A stretch of DNA of 64,000 bases from an uncultured Candidatus Saccharibacteria bacterium (GTDB lineage: Bacteria; Patescibacteriota; Saccharimonadia; Saccharimonadales; AWTP1-31), in contig CAYPDT010000002.1 in the NCBI GenBank assembly GCA_964409615.1, positions 1,226 through 65,225 on the forward strand, written 5' to 3'. The notes under the pieces were generated by a model that saw only the letters and a list, made by a program, of their open reading frames with translations, did no database searches and was not told where the DNA came from. A program made the position numbers and the translations under genes. Position 1 is the first letter of the stretch; every line of letters starts with the position of its first letter. Of the stretch, positions 35,520-44,175 are shown piece after piece.

Positions 35520-36806
35520 ATGAAAAAAAGCACACATAAAATTGGCGCAAAATCGCACCTTCGGAAACGACAGATTATAAGATTCCTGAAGAGCCCGATT
35601 GTCTTTGTTGGTGTGTTTGCAGTAGTTGGAATCGTACTATTAGTCGTTACCCGTGCTAGTACCAGTACAGCTAGCCTTGAAGCCGAGCAGGGTGTGCGAA
35701 CAACCAATGCGGCTCAGGTATCCGATTCTTCGGCCTCTAATCAAAAGGCAATCAAATTTACCCCTGGTGGCAGTACTGCGACGTGGTGGAAGCCTGCCCA
35801 GTTAACCCGCTGGAACTGGGTACTCGAAGGTGGAGTGAACACCACGAACACCACGGAATTAGCCCGTTACGATATGTACGATATCGATATGCAAAGCATG
35901 GTGCCAGCAGCCACGCAACAGACCATTACTTGGCCAGCAAGCGCCAGTGTTCCTGGGGGATATTCAACCACAATCACCTGGCCGAAGGGCGATAATGCAG
36001 GTTTGATTGCCGATTTGCACAACAAAGGCAAGAAAGTTATTTGCTACATAGATACTGGTGCATTCGAAGATTATCGGCCAGACGCTTCAGCATTCCCTGG
36101 TAAATGGGGCGCCGGCAATAATCGAAGCACAAGCGACAATAGCAGTGCTCAAGCCATGTTTGGCCCTAATGTGCCATACGTTGGCCCACCACAACTTGCC
36201 AATCTAGATCCTATCGGTGGGGGCTCTAGCGATGCCAATGGCCAGTCTTTCGACGGTGAGTATTGGCTCGACCAAAACGCTACCAGCACAACAGGCTGGC
36301 AGAATGTTTGGGGGCCAATCATCTGGGCACGCATGGATTTAGCTAAAAAAATTGGTTGCGATGGCGTAGAAGGCGACCAGAATAATGCTTACGACAACGA
36401 CAGCACTTTTGGTGTCACCCAAGCTGTTAGCCTACGCCTATTCCGTGAAGTGTACTACCAGTTACACACCCGCGGACTAACAGCTATAAGCAAAAATGGC
36501 GTCGAGTTAACCTCCCAGCAAGCTACTAACCCCACCGACATTGCCTATTGCACACCCGGCCTGTGCATCGCCGATGGGTTCTTAAACGAAGAGTGTGGTA
36601 TCTACCAAGAATGCTCTAGCTTCGATACCGTTACATCCCGTGGGTTCTGGGTAGGGCAAGCCGAGTACGCCGACGACCGCGATGGAGCAATACCGGCCAC
36701 AAAAGCTAATATCTGCCCAGCTGCCAATAGCGCCGGACGCATGGCCATCATCAAGCCAAAAGTCCAAAACGTCACCGAAACAAACTCAGTCTTGTGCTGG
36801 GAATAA
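35520..36806 (+). CDS. membrane-anchored glycoside hydrolase family 114-like enzyme (endo-alpha-1,4-polygalactosaminidase-like)
   Basis: N-terminal basic segment plus TM helix (VFVGVFAVVGIVLLVV). Motifs RWNWVLEG, DMYDIDM, KVICYIDTGAFEDYRPD, GEYWLD and GCDGVEGDQNNAYDN. Confidence 0.65.
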   Translation: MKKSTHKIGAKSHLRKRQIIRFLKSPIVFVGVFAVVGIVLLVVTRASTSTASLEAEQGVRTTNAAQVSDSSASNQKAIKFTPGGSTATWWKPAQLTRWNWVLEGGVNTTNTTELARYDMYDIDMQSMVPAATQQTITWPASASVPGGYSTTITWPKGDNAGLIADLHNKGKKVICYIDTGAFEDYRPDASAFPGKWGAGNNRSTSDNSSAQAMFGPNVPYVGPPQLANLDPIGGGSSDANGQSFDGEYWLDQNATSTTGWQNVWGPIIWARMDLAKKIGCDGVEGDQNNAYDNDSTFGVTQAVSLRLFREVYYQLHTRGLTAISKNGVELTSQQATNPTDIAYCTPGLCIADGFLNEECGIYQECSSFDTVTSRGFWVGQAEYADDRDGAIPATKANICPAANSAGRMAIIKPKVQNVTETNSVLCWE

Positions 36807-36921
36807 TCAGTAAAACATGATGAATCAAATACATTGATAGGACAGCCCGAGCACCATGTTCAAGCACCTATGCTGTTAATTCAGATTTAGCACCAAACTA
36901 CAAACAGGTACCATGACAAAA

Positions 36922-37500
36922 TTAACCTTCTGTGATACCCAACAATCTTAAGGCTTCCTCATTCTGCTCTTGTGAATCGCATACATGAAAAACATTGTCT
37001 ATCATGGGTAAGCATTTATTGCGATATGCCTCATCGTCCAATAGCAAATCAGAGTCATCAACCGCCATGTATGGTCTACTAAGCAATCCTCTGACTCCTG
37101 CAGCTTGTGATACGGTAAGCCCCTCAGAATTAAATGTTTCAGCAGAACCCTTTAGAGCTTCATAGAATTGTGGCATTTCTTGAGTACTCCCATGAAACAC
37201 ATAAGGTAAAAAAGCGACTCTTCCTAAGTAGCGTTCCATGATGATTGGAAAATATCGTCTATCTTGTTTATCTTCATAAAATACTTTCAGTAAAGTTTCG
37301 CCAACAGTGCAGGTTCGTAAATCTCGAATAACAGCAGGCCTTGTTTCAACCCTTCCAATAAAAATCCTAAGTGGGTCATGTTCATCCAGTCGCTCAGAAG
37401 TTTTTCCGCCATTTATAATATCGGAAACCAGCGGATCCAGTGTCGCGCTAAAGGCGTGGGGCTTCACCATTACTAGACCGGTCTGTTGCTCTCTACTCAT
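36922..37500 (-). CDS. nucleoside diphosphate kinase-fold protein (divergent, with insertions)
   Basis: LVMVKPHAF, FYEDKQDRRYFPIIMERYL and NVFHVCDSQE align by eye with NDK IIKPNAV, FYAEH..FF..LVEFM and NGTHGSDSVE. Confidence 0.5.
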   Translation of the reverse strand: MSREQQTGLVMVKPHAFSATLDPLVSDIINGGKTSERLDEHDPLRIFIGRVETRPAVIRDLRTCTVGETLLKVFYEDKQDRRYFPIIMERYLGRVAFLPYVFHGSTQEMPQFYEALKGSAETFNSEGLTVSQAAGVRGLLSRPYMAVDDSDLLLDDEAYRNKCLPMIDNVFHVCDSQEQNEEALRLLGITEG

Positions 37501-38227
37501 TACCTAAATCCCTAATCATATGGGTGAGTAACTTTCTCTCAGGCTTTAAAAATAGTGCTGTTCGTTGTTGATAGACTTTTAGTAGGTCTTTATGTTGTTT
37601 GAGCAAATCCCCGTAGTCGGTACTAATACCAATTGAAATATCGAAGCCTGCACGCTTAATAATTAGACGTAAAGCTTCCGGCGAATGGCTTTCAAATTCA
37701 ACATATACACCCATATTGTCAGGAAAGTAATCTACAGTAGCATTATCTTTACCAAGACTAAAGTTCTCGCGGTACTTAGCGAGCAAAATGCGCTGTTTTG
37801 TGAACCCTAAAAGCCTGCACGCTCGGCGAACTTCCTCAAGTGTCCTAGCATCAGTGATTGTCTTATCTAAACTCAATCCTACGTGAGATTGTAAAAGCTT
37901 ATTAATCGTTACAATCATCTCCGTATCTGGCTTATGTAGGTCGGTCTCGTATTCACGAAAGTGCAATATTTTGCCATCGTCCTGCTTAACCTTCAATGTC
38001 AGAAGGAGTTCTTGTGAACTAACATTTTCGACCTGCCTAAAGCGCAACAATATCTTTGCGTTCTTGCAAGCATCATCGGAGGTATCGGGCAGATAATCAG
38101 TTTCTATCGCACGAGTGCCCGCATGAAAGCCTACCCGCTGCAGTTTTTCACGCATTGCCGGTATGACACCTCGCTGAGTGCCAATTTTGAATTTTAACTC
38201 GTATTCATGCCTTTGTTTGCTAGACAT
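37493..38227 (-). CDS. CYTH-domain (triphosphate tunnel metalloenzyme) protein
   Basis: HEYELKFKI N-terminal ExExK signature, plus LLRFRQ, LTLKVK and REYETDL beta-strand motifs. The ATG at 38227 overlaps the upstream stop by 8 nt. Confidence 0.6.
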   Translation of the reverse strand: MSSKQRHEYELKFKIGTQRGVIPAMREKLQRVGFHAGTRAIETDYLPDTSDDACKNAKILLRFRQVENVSSQELLLTLKVKQDDGKILHFREYETDLHKPDTEMIVTINKLLQSHVGLSLDKTITDARTLEEVRRACRLLGFTKQRILLAKYRENFSLGKDNATVDYFPDNMGVYVEFESHSPEALRLIIKRAGFDISIGISTDYGDLLKQHKDLLKVYQQRTALFLKPERKLLTHMIRDLGNE

Positions 38228-40376
38228 GCACCCCACCTTTCTTGACTATGAACGGATTATACTCATCAGAATTATCAATAACAATGTCGGCGATATCAAC
38301 TGGACGGACAGCTTCTAGATAACGTTCCTGCGCCGGTATATAACGAGTCAAGTATTTTTTAAGGACATTAAAACCAAAGCGAGGTACGTCCCGTTCAATT
38401 GCCCTTAGGCGCATTTCTGACAAAGGAATATCAACAAATATTTTGGAGTCGAAGTAATCAGCCAGTTCAGGACGAAAAACGAACACCCCTTCGACTATAA
38501 CAACTGAGGGGCCATCACTAAATGCATAACTATGTTCTATTATCTCTGATGGATTGTGCGGACTCTGGTGTTTAAGCGCAACCGCACCAAGCTGATGTGA
38601 AGTTAAAGGTGCGAGTATGGATTTACGTAATGTCTCAATATCAAATGTATTATTGTAGTATCGCTCTACTGGGTCACTTGAAGTATTGCGTAACCAATCC
38701 GGTTGAGTAAAATCATCCACATGTATGACAACCACTGGCAACCCATGAGCCTCTAACTGCCTCTCTAGTCCACTTGAAAACGTCGTTTTGCCAGAACAGT
38801 CCACCCCGTTAATGCCGACCACGAAAGGTCTTTCTGAGTCGAACGCCTGCATTGCAATATTTTGCGCAACTTCTGTAGTAACTAAGTCTGTCTTATTTGG
38901 AGCCTCACTAAGCATTACATGTTGTGTCTCCTGTTCGGACATGAATCCCAGGCCCTGGTAATCAAGTGCGTGCTGATTTTCTCTGTACATGCGCTCGAGT
39001 GCCTGATATCCCCCCAAGTCTTTTGCGGCTGCTACCTTAATTGCCGAAAGTATATCTCTAATTTGACTCTTGAATTGCCGCCGAGCCTCTACAGGCTCCT
39101 CTTGGCTAATAAACCTATCAATAAGCTGGGCAAATGGTACACAAGCTCCAATTCGATAGCCTTTCTGGTCCACAATTCTATCCATATCGAGTTCAAGACC
39201 AAAAGTATCGTGGTATATAGAAAGCCACAACAAAGGTCCAATAAGTGACATGTCTAATTCATCCAGCGATTCTGTTAGATTCTGACTTGACCATTCCGCC
39301 ATCTCAGATTGCCATTCATTGTATCTTGTCCTACTCTGACCTAAATCAACAGTTTGATGCAAGTGCTCCCAATACGCACCCATATCAGTGAAGATGTAAT
39401 GGGTGCCGACATCCTGCCAATATCCCTGTTCAGTTCTTATACTATTTTCAAATGGATATAGCACTCCCCCTCGAAGTACTTCGTGGAATGGTGATTCGAG
39501 GTCAACACTTTTTATATCCGAACTTAGCGTAGTCAGACGCATATTAAGAGGGTTGCCTCCACAGGCAGTCATCAAAATTGCCAAACTATATAAGGTACGC
39601 CCGCGATAGAATAAGTCATCCAAGAAATAGATTGGCTCATCACGTCGTAGTGTCTCGGCTACTGACGTTCCGTGCATGAGTGCAGTAATAGCTCGGCAAT
39701 CAGGGATTGTTAAACCTGTTTCAATACAAGCCACAGCATCAGACAGCTCTGTTTGTAGATTTTCATCAGCTGCAGACGAGCTGAAAGGACCCTCTAGATT
39801 TACGTTACCTACGACCTGTAACAATTCCGCACGTGTCATTGTTGAAGCAGCGTCAATCATATCATTAGATAAAAAGGGAATAACCTCCCTAAGTTGCTCA
39901 ATCTCTACTAACGACAGTCGCTCTTCTGGGGTAAGTATTGTTAATAGCTGTGCGCTAAGGGGCGCCTTTTCGACAGACATGACCTTAATATCAGCGATTT
40001 TACTATCATATACATCTGCGGCATATGCATTCACATAACGATTTCCGCCCTGGATAATAAAGCGCGATTGACTATCTGTATGCGTAAGCCACTCGTCCAC
40101 CGCTCCCATTAACTCGCGACGCGATAGCCTATCACCTGGGCGAGTAGTGTACCTGCCAGGTATCGGGGGTCGTACTAGCAGTGGTCGTTGCGGAGAATAT
40201 TCACCCCGAGCTATCTCAAGTTCCATTTTTGTTGTTTCTACCAAATTTGGGAGACCAAGTTGTGTAATTTCCACTAACAATGCTTCTTCGGGAGCTTCCG
40301 ATATTTCGAGCTCAAAAGAGTCAAGTTCACCCTCTTGAAAAGATGGTAGCGAGCTCTCAAATAACTGGTCGGTCAT
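38220..40376 (-). CDS. 718-aa fusion protein: unknown N-terminal region, PRTase-like segment, and C-terminal uridine-kinase/PRK-type P-loop kinase
   Basis: C-terminal Walker A GINGVDCSGKTTF and VVIVEGVFVFRPEL (Udk/PRK-like). Central IYFLDDLFYRGRTL resembles the type I PRTase PRPP loop. Residues 1-250 are not assignable. Confidence 0.55.
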   Translation of the reverse strand: MTDQLFESSLPSFQEGELDSFELEISEAPEEALLVEITQLGLPNLVETTKMELEIARGEYSPQRPLLVRPPIPGRYTTRPGDRLSRRELMGAVDEWLTHTDSQSRFIIQGGNRYVNAYAADVYDSKIADIKVMSVEKAPLSAQLLTILTPEERLSLVEIEQLREVIPFLSNDMIDAASTMTRAELLQVVGNVNLEGPFSSSAADENLQTELSDAVACIETGLTIPDCRAITALMHGTSVAETLRRDEPIYFLDDLFYRGRTLYSLAILMTACGGNPLNMRLTTLSSDIKSVDLESPFHEVLRGGVLYPFENSIRTEQGYWQDVGTHYIFTDMGAYWEHLHQTVDLGQSRTRYNEWQSEMAEWSSQNLTESLDELDMSLIGPLLWLSIYHDTFGLELDMDRIVDQKGYRIGACVPFAQLIDRFISQEEPVEARRQFKSQIRDILSAIKVAAAKDLGGYQALERMYRENQHALDYQGLGFMSEQETQHVMLSEAPNKTDLVTTEVAQNIAMQAFDSERPFVVGINGVDCSGKTTFSSGLERQLEAHGLPVVVIHVDDFTQPDWLRNTSSDPVERYYNNTFDIETLRKSILAPLTSHQLGAVALKHQSPHNPSEIIEHSYAFSDGPSVVIVEGVFVFRPELADYFDSKIFVDIPLSEMRLRAIERDVPRFGFNVLKKYLTRYIPAQERYLEAVRPVDIADIVIDNSDEYNPFIVKKGGVHV

Positions 40377-41395
40377 GACAGAGCCTCAAGAATTGCATCA
40401 AACATAGCCTTGTTTTCAGCAGGAGAACCAATCGTTATACGCAAGCCTTGACGTGCATTTCCAAGGAGTGGCCGCGGGCGTACCAGAATGTCCTTTTGGC
40501 GCAATGCTTGATGTACGGTATGTATGTCAGGCATATCAAGCACGATGAAATTGCTATCTGTTTGGTGCGCAAGAACACCAGCTTCTATGAACTGATCTAT
40601 TAAATCGCTCTTATACTCTAAAACACGCTTCACCTGAAATCTCAACTCGTCCTGCTGATCGAGCGCAGATAGACCGATTTTGAGTGCTACCGCGTTAACA
40701 CTATATGCATTTCTATACGGTGTCAGGTATCTAATATTATCCTCACAACTAATGACATACCCGAGACGTATACCTGCTAAACCCCAAGCTTTTGAGAAGG
40801 TGCGCAGGATAATTACGTTCGGATACTCCATGGCAAGAAATTGCAACGAGTTCTGTAGCCCGGCAAATTCTATATACGCTTCGTCGATGACTACCATACC
40901 CTTTGAATTTTCAATAACCCTGCGCACTAAATTACCATCCATAAGCTTCCCAGTGGGGTTATTTGGGCTTATGAATACAACCATGCTACCTTTTTTAGCA
41001 TTCTCAATAATCCTATCCACTTGTGGTTGTGAGGATGAATCCAATGGAATCAGTTTACATTCACACCCATGAGCATCAGCTCTTAGCTTATACACATCAT
41101 ATGTGGGAGTATTGAGTATTAGAAGACTGGGGTTATATGCAGTTACAAGTAGGTCTATTGCTTCAATAGATCCAGAAGTAATGAGTATGTTTTCAGCCTG
41201 TACGTTATTGCCGCAATAATGTCCAGCTAACTTCTGGCGTAAAGCTAATGCAGAACTGTCAGGATAACGATTAAGGTCCGCAAGTATAGAATCAGGAACC
41301 TTTACCCACTGTTCATAATGCTCGTTTGCGTCAAGCATTATGCTGTTATTAACAGCCAGCCTCTCAGTCTTGTACAATTCAAGAACAGTGCTCAT
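40373..41395 (-). CDS. class I/II PLP-dependent aminotransferase (histidinol-phosphate aminotransferase-like)
   Basis: FSKAWGLAGIRLGY (PLP-Lys motif), SPNNPTG, 340 aa, GAGGA RBS. Confidence 0.75.
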   Translation of the reverse strand: MSTVLELYKTERLAVNNSIMLDANEHYEQWVKVPDSILADLNRYPDSSALALRQKLAGHYCGNNVQAENILITSGSIEAIDLLVTAYNPSLLILNTPTYDVYKLRADAHGCECKLIPLDSSSQPQVDRIIENAKKGSMVVFISPNNPTGKLMDGNLVRRVIENSKGMVVIDEAYIEFAGLQNSLQFLAMEYPNVIILRTFSKAWGLAGIRLGYVISCEDNIRYLTPYRNAYSVNAVALKIGLSALDQQDELRFQVKRVLEYKSDLIDQFIEAGVLAHQTDSNFIVLDMPDIHTVHQALRQKDILVRPRPLLGNARQGLRITIGSPAENKAMFDAILEALS

Positions 41396-41846
41396 GGTTC
41401 CTCTTCAAGTGACCCGCTCTTCACTAAATATATACTTTGCAGTAACATATATTATACAACTTTTAAATGATTAGTGCTAATTTAAATGTAATGCAATGCT
41501 ACAAACCCTAAAGTACTGGAGCATCACATAAAGATAAGTTGGTATTCTGGGACAAGCTACAATGACACCAAAGGCAATACTCCAACTACGATTTGTCCAC
41601 CTTGATAGCTTTTCGTACTATTACATCGTAACAGTTCTAATCCCTGGCATAAGGGAATTAGTCAATAAAAAGACACAAACTTGTGCTTGTGTCATTTATA
41701 TTGGCAGGAGATACAGTACGATTATATAACTTTAATAGGGGTGGAAGCGGAAAGAAATAATGTAAAAAGCACATTGCTAGACAAAGATAAAAAAGGTCTA
41801 TATTATCCTGTTTCTACACTACCAAATAGGGAGTATAGTTAAATAT

Positions 41847-42416
41847 ATGAAAGTATCCAACAAATCGCTTTGGACGACCGTAACAATTGGTTCATCTGTT
41901 GGACTTATTGCATCATTAATTCAAACAATTGAACGAATAAATAGTGCTCTAAACCCAAAAGTAGCTTTAAGTTGTGACCTGAATTCAATATTCAGCTGCA
42001 CTAATGTCTTTAATGCTTGGCAATCACGTGTTTTTGGTTTTTCCAATTCACTAATATGTATGATCTTCTTTGCGACTACTGCCGGGCTAGCGCTTGCAGC
42101 GCTTACTGGTAGCAAACTTAACTTAAAGTTGCGATACGTCTTCCAATTTTTCTCAGTTTTTTTCCTTGCTTTTGGAGCTTGGTATTTATGGCAAAGCACA
42201 TTCCGTATTGGCTACATTTGTATTTTCTGCATATTTTGCTACAGCGCAGTTATCGCTATGAACTGGGCATGGTTTAGGATTAACTACAAAGATTACAAGT
42301 TAAGTAAGAATATGAAGACAAAAATCCAACAATTTGTAGACAACGGTGGAGATATATTTATCGCCATCATTTGGGCAATAGTCATTGCTGCAATGATTAT
42401 CTTCAAGTTCTGGTAA
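41847..42416 (+). CDS. vitamin K epoxide reductase (VKOR) family membrane protein
   Basis: Four or five TM helices, a loop Cys pair (SCDLNSIFSC) and CIFC (CxxC) in a TM helix. Confidence 0.6.
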   Translation: MKVSNKSLWTTVTIGSSVGLIASLIQTIERINSALNPKVALSCDLNSIFSCTNVFNAWQSRVFGFSNSLICMIFFATTAGLALAALTGSKLNLKLRYVFQFFSVFFLAFGAWYLWQSTFRIGYICIFCIFCYSAVIAMNWAWFRINYKDYKLSKNMKTKIQQFVDNGGDIFIAIIWAIVIAAMIIFKFW

Positions 42417-42551
42417 GTGGCCTCGAATTAGCAGTAATAAAGACTTGGCTGTCTTTTTCGTGATATTTACAGCTATTCAGACAACCTAAACTCGTATCAA
42501 TTATGTAAGAATAATGGGGGACTGGGTGAATGGAATCGAACTTTTTTGTAG

Positions 42552-42582
42552 CAAAAAAGTCTACAACTCAATCTGTAGACTT
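42552..42582 (-). terminator. Rho-independent terminator downstream of tRNA-Trp (minus strand)
   Basis: Minus-strand AAGTCTACA-GATTGAGT-TGTAGACTT followed by TTTTTT. Confidence 0.75.
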
Positions 42583-42595
42583 TGTAAAAATAACG

Positions 42596-42672
42596 TGGCA
42601 GGGGAGACAGGATTCGAACCTGCGACCCTCGGTTTTGGAGACCGATGCTCTGGCCAGCTGAGCTACTCCCCT
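42596..42672 (-). tRNA. tRNA-Trp (anticodon CCA), CCA end encoded
   Basis: The reverse complement folds with acceptor AGGGGAG/CTCCCCT, anticodon loop CTCCAAA and T-loop GGTTCGAATCC. Confidence 0.93.
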
Positions 42673-42786
42673 TTATAGGCCTGAAAACAGTTTTAATAAT
42701 AACGGATACAGGTCGAACTGTCACCCCAGAAGTATTTCGGCGGCTGACTGGTGCTAAATAACGGATGATGTTATACAATATATGGA

Positions 42787-43449
42787 ATGAGTAAGATTAG
42801 TGCCCACAAGCCAGTTCTTATAATGTTGTACGGCTACCCGGGAGCAGGTAAGACGCATTTCGCGCGACAACTTAGCGAAGTCTTCAGTGCGGCTCACGTA
42901 CATGGTGACCGGATTCGGGGTGAGCTATTTTCAGAACCCCGCTACGATAAGCAAGAGAACGAGTTGGTTAATCACCTCATGCTATACATGACCGAAGAAT
43001 TCCTAGCTGCCGACATGAGTGTTATCTTCGATGCCAACGCTTCACGCCTGACTATGCGCCGCGAACTCCGTAATATTGCACGTAAGGCTAAGGCGGAGCC
43101 GCTCCTTATTTGGTTGCAGACCGACCCAGACAGCGCTTTCGCACGCTTGTCTCGCCGTGACCGCCGCCGCAGCGATGATAAATACGCAACCCCATACACT
43201 GCCGAATCTTTCCAGACACATATTCAAAGCATGCAAAACCCTAAGAATGAAGATTATGCTGTCATCAGTGGCAAGCACACCTTCAACACTCAGCGGAGTG
43301 CGGTTATTAAGAAACTCTACGAAATGGGTGTCATCGGCTCAAATCCCACAGCTGCTAACGTAGTTAAGCCCGGCCTGGTCAATCTTGTACCGAATCAGCT
43401 TAACGGTGGCCGAGTCGATAACTCTCGTCGTAACATCTTGATTCGTTAA
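42787..43449 (+). CDS. P-loop kinase/ATPase (AAA_33 / zeta-toxin-like predicted kinase)
   Basis: Walker A MLYGYPGAGKTHFARQL; 220 aa; no other motif recognised. Confidence 0.5.
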   Translation: MSKISAHKPVLIMLYGYPGAGKTHFARQLSEVFSAAHVHGDRIRGELFSEPRYDKQENELVNHLMLYMTEEFLAADMSVIFDANASRLTMRRELRNIARKAKAEPLLIWLQTDPDSAFARLSRRDRRRSDDKYATPYTAESFQTHIQSMQNPKNEDYAVISGKHTFNTQRSAVIKKLYEMGVIGSNPTAANVVKPGLVNLVPNQLNGGRVDNSRRNILIR

Positions 43450-43461
43450 AGTACCCTGGCT

Positions 43462-44151
43462 ATGAAAACTGTCACCGTAGCAGATATCGGCGAGGTGCAA
43501 ATCGTCAAACATGCCACAGCTAAATCGCTGCGCATAACCATTCGGCCAGGTGGCATCGTACGCGTAACCATTCCACGTTGGACTCCATACCAAGCTGGCA
43601 CGGCCTTTGTTCTTTCTCGGAAAGAATGGATACTACAGAATCTACAGCCTCAGTCAGACCTAAAAAATGGCATGGCCATCGGTAAGTTTCATCACCTATA
43701 TTTTGCTGCTAGCCCTACCAATAAAACTATCTCCACTCGCCAAAAGGGTAGTGAGCTTTGGGTGACGTACCCCGATTCGTTCACACAAAGCTCTCCAGCC
43801 GTACAAGAAGCTGCCGTTAAAGTAGCTATCCGAGCGTTACGCACACAGGCCGAAAACCTCTTACCTAATCGTTTGCGTACCTTGGCCGATAAGCACGGCT
43901 TCGATTTTAAAAGTGTTGAAGTTAGGCAACTCAAAGCTCGCTGGGGCAGCTGCAATAGTAAACAAGAGATTACCCTCAACCTATTCCTTATGCAGCTACC
44001 GTGGGATTTAATCGACTATGTTCTGTTGCATGAGTTGACCCACACCAAGGCGCTCCATCACGGGCCGGAGTTTTGGGAAATATTTGAAGCAGCCCTGCCT
44101 GGCGCTAAAAAACAGCGAAAAGCGCTACATTCTCATAAGCCAAACTTCTAA
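43462..44151 (+). CDS. YgjP/DUF45-like zinc metallohydrolase (SprT-like fold)
   Basis: LLHELTHTKALHHGPEFW (HExxH followed by H). Confidence 0.65.
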   Translation: MKTVTVADIGEVQIVKHATAKSLRITIRPGGIVRVTIPRWTPYQAGTAFVLSRKEWILQNLQPQSDLKNGMAIGKFHHLYFAASPTNKTISTRQKGSELWVTYPDSFTQSSPAVQEAAVKVAIRALRTQAENLLPNRLRTLADKHGFDFKSVEVRQLKARWGSCNSKQEITLNLFLMQLPWDLIDYVLLHELTHTKALHHGPEFWEIFEAALPGAKKQRKALHSHKPNF

Positions 44152-44175
44152 CAATCGGCTAGGTTGTGCCATAAT

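Noticed and set aside
36807-42672. tRNA-Trp as the attachment site of an integrated island covering the nucleotide operon and VKOR
   Set aside because: I found no integrase gene, and no direct repeat of the tRNA-Trp 3' end (TGGCAGGGGAGACAGGATTCGAACC or its complement) near 36.8-36.9 kb. Only the compositional impression remains, and that is reported separately as inference.
42497-42778. 93-aa minus-strand ORF in the track
   Set aside because: It is fully occupied by tRNA-Trp (42596-42672) and its terminator, so the translation is an artefact of reading through an RNA gene.
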